DNA from: Moniliella sp. 'wahieum'
Taxonomy: Eukaryota
Direction of reading: 5' to 3'
Length of the DNA: 49,445 bases
NCBI GenBank assembly: GCA_003971905.1
Contig: RSEE01000028.1
Location: 682,001-731,445, forward strand
Each line of letters opens with the position of its first letter. The first letter of the stretch is position 1. Made by a program: the position numbers and the translations under genes. The notes beneath the pieces are model-generated. The model was not told the DNA's origin and searched no databases. It was given only the letters and a program-made list of their open reading frames with translations. Of this stretch, positions 33,522 through 44,953 are shown one piece after another.

Positions 33522-35355
33522 TCATGGGCTGGCCAGTCGTTTCTTCTTGTGCTTCTTGGGAGCGGTAGCTTTGCGCTCCCCTTGTTCCTCCTCTGTCGTG
33601 CCCATCTCACCCGCTGCAATGCGGGCGCGGTGCTTTTTGGTCATCCCCTGAAGCGCCTTGGGATGCTTGCTCGTCTTGCCGCCCCTCAAATGGGAAGGAA
33701 GCACGCCACTGGCTTCGCGGACATCTTGTCGCTTGGGCGCATGCTGTCGTAACTTTTTCCGGTCGCCCGACGAGGGTCCTTTCAACTCGTTCATCCACTC
33801 TGGCACCTCCTGCCCCGCCACTCGCGCATCACATTCACCACCATCTTGAGGTGCGGCGCATCATCCGTGGTAAAAAACGTGATTGCATCACCACTTTGCC
33901 CCGCTCGACCCGTTCGACCGATCCGGTGAATGTACGTTTGGCTCGACTGGGGGAAATCGTAATTGATCACTGTCTTGATGCCCTGCAGGTCAATTCCACG
34001 CGCCAACACGTCGGTCGCGATCAGCGCCCAGGTTTGACCAGCCTTGAGGTTATCGAGCGCGCGCTGCCGCTGTCCAGGGGTGCGATGGGCATGCATCGTA
34101 TCCACTCGCAAGCCGTCGTAGACCAAATTGTGAAACAAATGGTTGGCCCGCTCGTTGCTTTGCACAAAGAGCAACGCTGGTGGTTTGAGGCGACCTTGCT
34201 GGACCAAATTCCGCAGGGCAAGCAACTTGCCTTCTTCGGACCCAACAAATTCCAATGTCTGGCTGACATGCTCCGATGCGCCGTCCCGGTGGCCTACCGC
34301 AACGCGCACAGGGTCGGTCGTAAAGCTCCGCGCTAGCAACTCGGTCCCGGAAGGCAAGGTGGCACTGAACAGGGCTGTACGGCGGGCCGGGTGCGAGGTG
34401 GCAGCCAAAACGTCGTCCATTTGGGACAAAAAGTTGTCCTCCAACAGCCGATCCGCTTCATCCAACACCAACAACTCCACCTCGCGCAAATCCACTTCTT
34501 CTTCCTGCACCGCACGCACCAACCGTAGCGGCGTACTGATCAACACATCGGGTGTCTTGACCCGGTGCGTCTGCTCAGCCTTGGACCGCGACATGTTCTC
34601 GCCCAACTGTTGGATCTTCCACCGCTTGGAGCCCTTGAGGTGCCCGTCCGTACCGTACGCAAGTACGACCAGGGTATCGTGGATCTGGGTCGCCAGCTCA
34701 CGCGTGGGAGCCACAACCAGCGCCCGTGCACCGCCCTTGTCCGTCTTGGGCCGGGGCGCACCGAGAGAATGTAAGAGGGGAAGACAGTAGGCCAACGTTT
34801 TGCCCGACCCCGTAGGTGCATTGGCAAACACGTCCCGCCCCGAAAGCAGCGCTGCCATCGCGGCTTTCTGAATCGGGGGTCGGAGCCAGCCATGCTGGAC
34901 CACATGTCGCACGAGGGCCTTGTGTACGCCCCACCGTACACTCAGCTCGTGCCAGGACACAAGCGGTGCAGGCGGGTCGCCCGACAACTTGAGCCGGTTG
35001 GCACGGCAGAAGGAAGCGACCGTATCAGGCGCCAGGGGACCCGAACCGTACTCGGGATCGTCAAATCCTTCGCCTGTATAAGCCTCTTCGGGTTGCTCGC
35101 GTTTCCTCTTGCCCGTATCCTTGGGCGCAGACTTGCCCTTGCTGCTCACCGATGCGAAGAAGTCAAGTTCGGGGGGAGCGCGAGCGGCGCGGCAGCGGCG
35201 GCGGTGGCGGCGGGAGGTGGCTGGCCCGCGGCACTGGACGCAACGGGCGGCGTGCGCTTGGCCTGGCCGAACAGCTGCGCATCGGAGGAGAAGCGATTGG
35301 TGTCGAAGCGGATGCCGCCGCCGGCGGTGAGCGTGTGGAAGACGTCGGAGCTCAT
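33522..35355 (-). CDS. ROK1: DEAD-box RNA helicase ROK1/DDX52
   Basis: N-terminus MSSDVFHTLTAGGGIRFDTNRFSSDAQLF (DDX52-like), APTGSGKT, PTRELA, STPLRL, LDEADRL, FSAT, VGSEEGKLLALR, TDVLARGID, YIHRIGRTGRAG, EVPEWM and a basic tail. Confidence 0.92.
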
Positions 35356-35604
35356 CCTCGGCGGGATGGGTGGGATGGGTGGGCTGCGTTGCTTGTTGGA
35401 GGCGGGAAAAAAGCGGAGGGCCCCCGCGACCAAAAAAAAAAACGCTGACCTAAGCCTATAACCGGGGTTGGCACATTTCAATGCAAAGCGTCACGTGCCA
35501 CAACAGATACGGTCACGTGCGGTTACATACACCACCCCTGGGCGGCGGCCTGGGCCTGAATGCGTCGCTCGGCTGGACCGCCGCCGCCCCGCTGCGCCGC
35601 CGCC

Positions 35605-36476
35605 ATGACGACCGCCGTGCCCAGCCTGTACGGCACCGCGCCGCCCGCGCCGCCACCGCCGCGCCCTCCCACTCCGACGCCCTCTCCGGCCCCGGCATTG
35701 CCGGCGTGGGCGCCGCCGGCTACCCCCCCCCACCCCCACCCCCACCACCGACGCCCCCACCATCGCCCGCACCCAGCCCAGCTCCGTGTACGGCCCCGGC
35801 CACGCCCCCTCCATCGCCCCGCCATCCCCGGCACACGCGGCACCGTCTATACCCACACCGCGCCCCCCGCCTCCACCGCTGCCTTCACCGCGCTGCCCCC
35901 ACCCCGACGAGCACACACCGCCGTGCCCAGCATCGCCCACGGCCGCTGCTCCCAGCATGGTGCCCACGCTCCCCCGGCCATTACCCAGCCCACTGCACCC
36001 TCCGTTGCTCCCCCCCCTACCGCAAAGGCATCTGCCGCTGGCATTCCGGGCCTGCCTCCGCCCACCGGCGGCGTCGTCACCGCCCCCACCCTCCGGGCCA
36101 CGATCAAGAACGTTGACATGTCACCTGAGATGCAGACGGCGTGCGTGGTGACTTGGCCCTAGAAGCGTTGCAGTCCTACACACTCCCCAAAGACATGGCG
36201 GCCTTTACCAAGAAGAGTTTGGATGCCCGCTATGGCCCTACCTGGCAGAGCATCGTGGGCATCAAGTATGGTTCCTATGTCACCCATGGTACGTCTGTGT
36301 CCGTCTTCCTTTAGGGCTAGCATTGACAGTCTTGCCCCCCGGGATTGGCAGAGGTGCGGCACTTTATCTACTTTTGTATGTATCTTGTCCCGATCGCGCA
36401 TCCTGCCACAGAGTACTGATGTACTGACGCTGCTTCAGACTTGGGAGACTATGCGTTCCTTTTCTGGCGCGCTTAG
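35605..36476 (+). CDS. Dynein light chain LC8 (DLC1/DYN2 family) paralog with ~160-aa Pro/Ala-rich N-terminal extension; introns 36289-36351 and 36376-36438
   Basis: Spliced core: IKNVDMSPEMQTAC..ALEALQSYTLPKDMAAFTKKSLDARYGPTWQSIVGIKYGSYVTH-EVRHFIYF-YLGDYAFLFWRA*. Both 63-nt introns have canonical donors and acceptors and keep frame. One indel near 36150. Confidence 0.85.
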
Positions 36477-37203
36477 TTGCTAGTTTCTTCTCAAAACTAT
36501 TAAGGACTGGGGGTTCGGTGTGCGACGGTGTGCTACGCTTGTTCATATCTGCACCTATACGACACCTGCCCTCGTGTGCTCGCTTTGTCGGGGTGCAAGC
36601 CACCGCCCTTCGAGCCTCGCTCTTTCTTCGTGGGGGGAGGTTGCAAGATCGTACGAACAGCTAGACGTTCTGGGCCGCTTGAATAGCTTGGTCCGAGCCT
36701 GTCTTGTTTCCAGGAGGAACTTATAATATATCGCTGTTCAACCACACCCCAACAGGGCTCTTTTGATAATCTGTCTGGTAGTCAGGCATAAGACATGGGT
36801 TAGGCGAGCAAAGGGGGTCTCCTTGACAATCCCTTCCATGGCGTTCCACCCTTCCCTCTCTCCTCTGCAGTGTTCCTCCCCGTCCTCCAACTCCGTCTCG
36901 TTGGGGAGACCCGGAGCGTGTGCCAGACTGGCTCCAGTATTCCCGGTATGGTTTGTCTTCGCGATGTGGCTCCTCTCTGACAGTAAAGTACTGCGAATCC
37001 CCAACGTACGCAAGACACAGGACATATAATGATACCCCCCCTCTGACCACCTGAATCCAAGGGGACGGTGGGTGCCCAATTTATATACAGCGGAGCATCT
37101 TCCATTTCAATCTGTTTTCTTTTTTTAGAAGCCCATTGGCTGCACATTAACGCCGCGTTTCATTCCAGCTCCTACCACTTGGAATCGCGATCCACTGCCC
37201 GCC

Positions 37204-39609
37204 ATGAGCGTCGTCCTGGCTGGCGTGAGGACGTGGGCTCGCGTCGAGATCGGATATGGGACCGGTGGGAAGCGGGGCAATGGGCCCCGGGCTTGGTCGG
37301 GTGCTGTGTGGCGGCCGGGGCGCCAGCTTCACGCTTCGGCCTGCCGCGCCTTACCACGCAGCACGGCCAGCATTGCCGAGTCGGTGGAGGCGGTGCGACG
37401 GCACCCCGAGGCGGCGCGCGGGCGGCGCGGTACGAGGAGACGCCGCGGGACGAGCTGGTGCGCCGGTTGGTTGCGCTCGAGCTTGCGCTCGAAGGGGTGG
37501 AGGAGAATGTGCGGGCGCGGCTCGAAGCCCAGCTCAACATCTCCAAAAAGGCCGCTTTGGCACGCAGCCCTCGCCCCGTCCGGCCCCAACGCTCCTATGA
37601 CGTTTTGGGCCAGCCGTGCCGCAAGATCGCGCTCCGGTTCAGCTACGACGGTGAGCCGTACTTGGGTCTTGCGGCCCAGGTCGGGCTCGACACTCTCATG
37701 CCCACCCCTTTGGTCACCCGGCTCCACACGAGCTCGCGCCTGAAGATCTGGGTCCCGGCACCAACTCGGTCGAGGCGGTGCTCTGGCATGCTCTCTCCCG
37801 CCTCCGCCTCGTCGCCCCCGAGTACGGGATGCGCGGCGCCGACTTTTCCCGCTGCGGGCGTACCGATCGCGGGGTGTCGGCGGCTACGCAAGTGGTGAGC
37901 CTATGGGTACGAAGTAAAACAGTGGACGAGTGGGAAGCGCGCAAGGCTGAACGGCGCAAGTTCCGCCACGAAGACCAGCACGCCACCGATCCCATTATCA
38001 ATCGCCGTCCTGCCCTCGATGCTCAGGGGAAGCCGATCGAATTTGTTCCGGCCGAAGAGGAGCTGCCGTACATTGTCTCCCTCAACAACGTTTTGCCCCC
38101 TACCATTCGTGTCACGGGCTGGTCTCCCGTTCGTCCTGATTTTAATGCGCGCTTCGATTGTCGGTACCGGCACTACAAGTACTTCTTTACCGATGGTGCG
38201 CCGCCGTCGTTGAGGGGGGTGGAGGGACACCCTATGCCCCCCGGTCGGCACCATGCTGGGACCAAATTGGACATTGCCGCCATGCGCGACGCGGCCTCTC
38301 GGTTCTTGGGCGAACACGATTTTCGGAACTTGTGCCGTGTGGATCCGACCAAGCAGACAAGCAACTTTCGTCGCCGCATCGATGGTATCAGCATCGATCC
38401 CGTCCAGTCCAATTGGCCTTGCGTCCGAGTCCGCAAGACGAGTGGACCCTCGACCCTGCCGTAGGGGCGTACCCTCCCTCGTTCGACGTATCTTCCGACC
38501 CCAACCGAGAACAGATGTACGTGCTCAACCTCCGTGGGTTGGCCTTCCTCTACCACCAAGTCCGCCACATGGTCGCCGTCTTGTTTATGGTGGGCACCGG
38601 CGTGGAGCAGCCCAGTGTGGTGGACGAACTGCTCAATGTGGAGACTGGCGCCGTGGCAGCGGATCGGTTGGCGATGCGGATTGCTGGGTGGAACTTGGGC
38701 ACCGATGCACCGCCCGGACATGCGGATCGGGTGACCATCCCGGGCTCCACGGCCACCAGCTTAGATGGCAAGGTAGCTGCCGACGGGCCTCAGGACTACG
38801 AAGCAGTACAGCGGCGTAAGGAGGAAGCGCTTCGTGTGGTCGAAGCGCACCGTGCTGCCGTGCGCGGGGCAGAAGGGAGAGAACGGGGAGAACGAATTGC
38901 AAAAAGGGTTGGATGACCTGTACGATTCGCTGCCTGTCATTGACAGTCGTCCCATCTACGAGCTGGCCAAGGGAGAGCCACTTCTTTTATGGGACTGTGG
39001 ATTCCGTGCTACCGATCTGCAATGGCGCACCGGCAGCGACGATGCTCCCCTCTTGCCTCTGGCCCCGTCGGACGCAAGCAAGCCCGACCGATGGGTCGGA
39101 GGATGTGCCTAACGAGATGGATTGGACCAGCATGGTGCGTGCTACACGGGCCGTGCAAGCCAAGCAACCAGACAAGGATGTCGCATGCCACATTCTTGCC
39201 CGCTACCTCCACGCAGAATGGACGCGAATGCGGATCAAGGCGGAGATGTACCGGCATTTCGTCCTGGCTGCGCCTACGCCTTCGTCGGGCGGGTGGACGC
39301 CCGCCTCGACGCTCTACCACCAAGCCCGACAGCCCACGCTTATCCCGCCCCCCCCTCCCGACGAGATCCACAAGGGCGATACCTTTGTCGCGCTCGGGCA
39401 TGGTACTTCGCCCGGGTCTGCCTAACTGGAAAAAAATCGCGACCCTACACCGGAGGAACCGCCTGAGGTGCGCAATGCCCGGTTCCGCATCAACAAGTGG
39501 AGCGAAGACGAGCGCGATCCAAAGAGAAGTATCCCTGCCTTCGGTCGAGGACCCGGCGGCGAGCGCGGCAAACGAAACCAAGAAAGACCGTGACGGCCAT
39601 GCAGAGTAA
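37204..39609 (+). CDS. DEG1: tRNA pseudouridine(38/39) synthase, TruA family
   Basis: RKIALRFSYDGEPYLGLAAQ, FSRCGRTDRGVSA (catalytic Asp), ELPYIVSLNNVLPPTIRV, FNARFDCRYRHYKYFF, FLGEHDFRNLC, GLAFLYHQVRHMVAVLF, RPIYELAKGEPLLLWDC. Start and end are approximate because of frameshifts. Confidence 0.92.
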
Positions 39610-40046
39610 TCTGACGGTCATGCAGAGTAATCTATACCGTACTGCTTGCTACCCCATCGTAAGTCGCGGATTTCCTTGAGCGAACGCGCATTTCCAACTG
39701 GACCTCGAAGATCTATCCTGAGGGCACCGGCCCACCACAGTCTTATGTCAGGACTGTTGTACACGTCCAGAAAAGGACCAAAAAGCAAGGTATGCTACGA
39801 TGCTCAATATTCAGACAGGAAAACGGGACAGAAAGATACACAAGTGGTTGTACAAGACGCTACACTAGGGTACAACACGCTTTCTTTCGCGACGGTGGAC
39901 AGAGAGAGGCACCTGAAAAAAAACACAGGTGGTACACGAAAAAGCCTTGTAGGTCATGGGAGACGTAGAGTTCCAACAAGAAAAAGGGGGGGTGAGGTAG
40001 AAGTGAGGTAGAACGGCCGTAGCTGCTCACGATGTTCGTTCGTGAC

Positions 40047-41559
40047 TTACTCGGGCCCCAAGATGCGGCGCCACCAGACGAACGCCACAGCGGACGCAGC
40101 GATCACACCCATTCCCAAGCCGAGACCGACACCCATGTCGGCCGCAGTGGGTGGACCTGGCGGGTGAGAACGGTGTCTGGCGCGACAGCGCCGGCGACGA
40201 GGAAATGTAGAAGAAGCAGCTTTGCCGCGCCCTGACAGAGAGGCAGAGGTGGAAGTGGAAGGGGAATTGGATGCGGCATAGCCCCAGGGCGGACACCCGG
40301 CTCGGATCGGTGCGACGAGCGGAGCCGGGAGAGCCTGTGGCGTTCCAACCGGTGCGACAGGTGATCCGACAGAGCCACTGGAAACGTCGCCTTCGGCTGC
40401 TTCGAGTTCAGGAATGCCCAGCTCGGCGAGCGCAAGTGGGTCGGGGAAGACAAGGCCCAACGTGGCAGCATCCATGGGAACGGAAGGGACGAATGGTCGT
40501 CCTCGCCTGCCGCGCCCGCGCATCGCCATCACTTTCCCCGTCATTCTCAGGGCGACCTAGAGGGCGCGAGAGCGGTGGGTACGCGACGCCGTGATGACGG
40601 CGACGGGGGAACTGGGTGGCAGGGCTGTTGGGTGGCAGGGAGGGATACGAAGGATCCAACTCGTCCCGGATCGTTTCCAGATCAGCAAATGCCTCTGCGA
40701 TCGCTTGTTGTAGTTGGTTGGGATCGTCCGAGCCAAGCGTGATGACCGGTCCGGCCGAGCGAGTAGCACCCCGGGGCTCGGAAGGAGGCAAGACAAGGGA
40801 CTGGTCCAGCGGACTGAGCAGCGCCGAGCTAGCGGGGAAATCAGTGTCGCCTCGACTTCGCTATCGGACAAAGTGCGCCACGGACCAATGGGAGTAACGC
40901 GAAGCGGGGGTGCCGCCTGATCGGGTGGTGGCAGTCGTGCGGGCCATAGGGGGTGGGCCAGTGATGGGGATGGCCGAGAGCAGGGATGCACTTAGAGAGA
41001 CAGACTTCGATGCGGGCTTGGTGGCCGCGGGGATGGGTGGAAGGGACAAAGGCATAGCTGCGCTCTGACGCCTGGCTCGCGGCCTCGTGTGGGCTGCTGC
41101 CGCGCACGCTGCGACCGGGACTGGGGCTTGGGCTGGGACTGGGACTAGCACTTCCAGAGCTGTTGGTTCGACCGCGCGGGCCATGGGGGCCATGGAGACC
41201 CAACCGCCGACGCCGACGCATCCACGCCGCCACCGAGATGGAAGCGCAGGGAAGGGCGGCCGGCGCTGGGCGTGGCCGAGACCCAGTCGGGGCCACAGAC
41301 GACAGAGACGGCTCAGAAAGGGGGTGGACGAGGGGGACTGTGAACTGGAGGACGACCGCATCGGGGGTCTGGCCGACCAGCGCAAAACGCCAGCGCCCGT
41401 GTCGGGGAGGATGAGGGGAGGGCTGATGCGGGCAAGGGAGGGGCTGCTGCTGGAGGGGCTGGTGGCGACACCGAGGCTGCCGCTGCCGCTGGGGGAGCTG
41501 ATGGAGGGCGGCGGAGGCGGCGTGCGGCGGCGTGAAGGGGGCGGGGGCGGCGAGCGCAT
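40047..41559 (-). CDS. Hypothetical Ser/Pro-rich disordered protein with a single C-terminal transmembrane helix (tail-anchored), ~500 aa
   Basis: gccATG at 41559 (MRSPPPPPSRRRTP..), protein-like segments in successive frames (DPNQLQQAIAEAFADLETIRDELDP; DAATLGLVFPDPLALAELG), ending MGVGLGLGMGVIAASAVAFVWWRRILGPE*. Confidence 0.55.
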
Positions 41560-41832
41560 GGCAGTGGCAGTGGCAGTGGGGTGGCGGTGGTAGTGCGGCG
41601 AGAGGGGCGGGCGGGCAGGAAAGAGAGAGTGGCGCCGTGCTGATATCTGCGGTAGGATCTTATAGGGGCTCGCACTTTTTGCGTGCGTTGCGTTGCGTTG
41701 CGTTGCTTTCTGGGCCTGGCTAGCGCGGCATCGCTTGTATCTTGTATTCCCCGATCTGATCGGATCTGCCGGCCGGGAGTAGCGCAGCGCAGCAGGCCGC
41801 CCCATCGATCCCCAGCAGACGCACAGCAGCGG

Positions 41833-44800
41833 CTACGAGCATCCTACCAACCCCAGCGGCCCCAGCGCCCACAGACAACATGCAGCAATCACAATTGACG
41901 CCCCGCCTGGGCTGCCCCAACTCAACTGAAGAACGGCAGCTTGACTCGCCCGCCCTTGGGCGTCCCTCGAGGCAGCGTGCGCGTCTCGCCGCTCCCGCCC
42001 CGACTCAGCCTGTGCCGCTCCGCGATCGGCCCGACGGGCGGTCAAGCGGGAGGCTGTGCGCGCTGGGCGTGCGTGGGTCGGACCGACTTGTCTCGCCCCC
42101 TGGCTCCCGAGACCCACGAGCATACGGCGCGCGTGAACTGTGGTACCCGCCAGTGTCCTTGGACCGCCCCTTGCCTCCTCGCTCACGCTTACGTTCACGT
42201 TCACGCTCACGCTCACGCTCACGCCACTCTCCCTCTCCTCCTCCTCCTCCTCCTCCTCTGAATCTTCCGACCGCCGACTGGGACCCCACGATCCGCCCTC
42301 GGACCGTGACCCCAGCGCGTCCTCGGCGCCCGTCCCGCCCCGCACCCCCACGTCCTGCCAATCCGGCAGAGCCGAGAGCAGCTGGGCACGGAAGGCCGGC
42401 AAGAGTTTGCGTGTGTGGAGCAAGTTGGGGGGGGAAGGAGATGGAAGCTGGACTGTAGCGTAATTCGCCCACATCTTCTTCCGCCATCAAATGTTGTCCA
42501 CATGGGTCCAAGTCGTCGAACCAGAGGTGCGGGTAAGTCTGCGCTTCTGTTCCGCGTGCTTCGGTGCGACACACACCATCGTCCATCCGAACCCCATTCG
42601 CCTTCATGAGGCGTTGCATCAGACGGTCAATGTCTGGACTTCTTGTTGGAAACGAGGGTCGGGGGGAAGCTGCGATTCGCCCAACAAGACCTTGTACCGC
42701 GTACTTCTTCTTCCTCTTCTCCTCGTCATCGTGAGCAAACAAAAAGTCGCGCCGCACCTCCAACTCGCGCCGCACTTTTTGCCACAACGTCCAGGTTTGC
42801 AATACTCAATCTCGCGCAGGATGCGTTTCGTGTCCTCGGGTTTGATCCGTTCGTCCGCCAACAGTGCCTCGACGTTCAACTCGATATTGGGCTTGGACCG
42901 GTCGGCTGGGTGGGCAGGATCAGAGGTACCGAGCGCCATGTAATCCGTAGCCAGTTGGATCCATTCCAAGATCGGTTGTGCGGCGGGGGTCAGTTCATGG
43001 ACCAGCCGTATAGCGCGTCCTCGTGGCGCTTGCACAGCGCCACCCACGCTGCCGGGGAAGGGTCGGAAGATTGTCGGGTCGCCATCAGGTCATCCAAGAA
43101 CGCTTGTAGGTCGTCGAGCCATTGACCTAGATCGGCATGGGCCAAGGCGAGCTTGAGCGCATCGTAAAATACATACTCGAGCGCATCTTTGATCAACGTA
43201 GGAACCAATGCGCCATTCGCGACTTCGAGCTTGTTGTCGATCGCGTAACCTCCGCGCCTCACAGCACAAGCTTCAGCAAGGCGAATTGCTGTGCCATCGT
43301 CTCCTCCTCACGAGTGAGACCGTCGGAAGAAGCGTATTCGGCAGCAGCGCGCGTCGCCGCAAATGCTTGTTTCGCCTCGGCATTGGCGCGGAAGAATGAC
43401 GGGCCGAGGTGGTCGGATAGGCGGCATCCAGGTGGCCCCGGTACTTGCTCATCCCAAAGCACCGTTGCATCTCTAACACATCGTCGGCATCGACCGGACT
43501 CAGCCCGCGCGTCGAAGTACCTTGCTTGCCAGCGTACCCGTGCCGCGGCGATTCCAGCAAGATGGTAGTTACCACATCGTCACCCGTGTCCAGTGTCTTT
43601 CGTTCGATCGCCAGACGCTCGACCCGGTCCGAATGGGAGACGTAGTCCAAGATCCGGTTGACAAGGGGTACTTGGTCCGTCAGCACGGCCGCCTTGAGTG
43701 GTGTCAACAAGTCCTTCTCGATCACTTCCATGTCCCGTTTGATCAGAAAGGCAGCGATCCGTTGGAGCAGGCTCTTGCTCCCGGCCGGCTTGGCGAGAAG
43801 GAGGCCAAGAAAGGACTGGACGATCAATTGGGGGTTGCTGTAGCGCAGCAACTGTTTGGTAGCCCACCAAGGGAAGAGGGTATGATGCCCTTGATCACAC
43901 GGAACGAAGCATTGGCCTCGGGCGAGGTGACAAAGGTAGTGTACAGGAACGTGGCCACTTCTTCACGCAAGTTCTCGGCTGCGTTGCGGAACCGACTGGG
44001 CAGGGCATCGAGCGAGGAAACATCCAAGTACCGCCACGCATCTTCCAGGCCATCTTCATGTTCCACCACATACTCTTTGAATGCACCGGCGTCGCGTCCG
44101 ATCCGAGCCGCTTCCTGCCCAGCCAACTTCCATTGGCGCGCGACCTCCGCCTCGATCGCTGGATCGCCCGACGCATTGCCCGTCGCTCCCGGGACAAATA
44201 GATCATCAATCTGGGCAAGAAGTACGAGTCTACCTGGACCGGTTTGTCCATCCCCGCTTCACCGTCCCCCGGCCCCACTCCTTACCTACGCCCCACTTCT
44301 CCGTCCCGGGCATCCCGGGACCCGGACCGCGCTGTTCGCCTTCGCCTCGAATCCCAATACCGCGGGAAAAGAACTTGGACAAGAGCGACACTCCTGACAG
44401 GGCCCAATACCGGCGCTGCGTCAACTCGGCCCGTTCGAGTGTCGTGCTAAAGTTGCGTGCGGCCAATTCGTCCATCAACACTTGGACCCGCGACTGCCAG
44501 AACTTGGTCGGCGCTGTATCCAGACCGGGAGCGAGCGGAGGTGGGTTTGGAACAAGTGGCGCAGAATGACAGGTTGCGTGATGCGCTCGCTACTCACTTG
44601 CTTTCATCTTTGGTACGCCATGCGGTGCATACGGGTCCTCGACCGGATCCACCGTCGTGTCCTTCGTGTACTCGTTGACCAGGTCCTTGCGCGTGCCGTG
44701 TGAGTTCAGGACGTGGCCGAGAAGGGAGCGCCATAGACGGTCAATGTACTGAGCTTTTCCAGTTCACTCGCCTCGTGGGCCAATTGAAGTGAGACGAGGG

Positions 44801-44918
44801 CTCGAACGAGGTAGTGGCGTTGCTCAGGCGTGAGATGCTTGGGGTTGGAACTAGGTTGGCCGCAGGAGGAGGTCCAGAGGGAGGACAGGTGACGAAGCCT
44901 TGTCCAATGGATTGACAT
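41833..44918 (-). CDS. Ypr097w/Lec1-like protein: PXB domain + DUF3818 domain
   Basis: PXB-like HLTPEQRHYLVRALVSLQLAHE..YGAPF and FWQSRVQVLMDELAARNFSTTLER; DUF3818-like VATFLYTTFV..LLRYSNPQLIVQSFLGLLLAKPAGSKSLLQRI; PPNLLHTRKLLPAFRAQL near the C-terminus. The 3' end is approximate and the 5' end probably continues upstream. Confidence 0.75.
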
Positions 44919-44953
44919 GCGGTGCAGGGGGCGGGATGGGGTCTCGTGTCGTC

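Noticed and set aside
36797..36804. CCTAACCC on the minus strand as a telomerase RNA template
   Set aside because: An 8-nt match is expected by chance in a window this size; no pseudoknot context or telomeric array is visible.
1394..39609. Programmed ribosomal frameshifting or RNA editing as the cause of the broken ORFs
   Set aside because: Breaks are numerous, scattered across unrelated housekeeping genes and lack a shared slippery motif; sequencing indels are more parsimonious.
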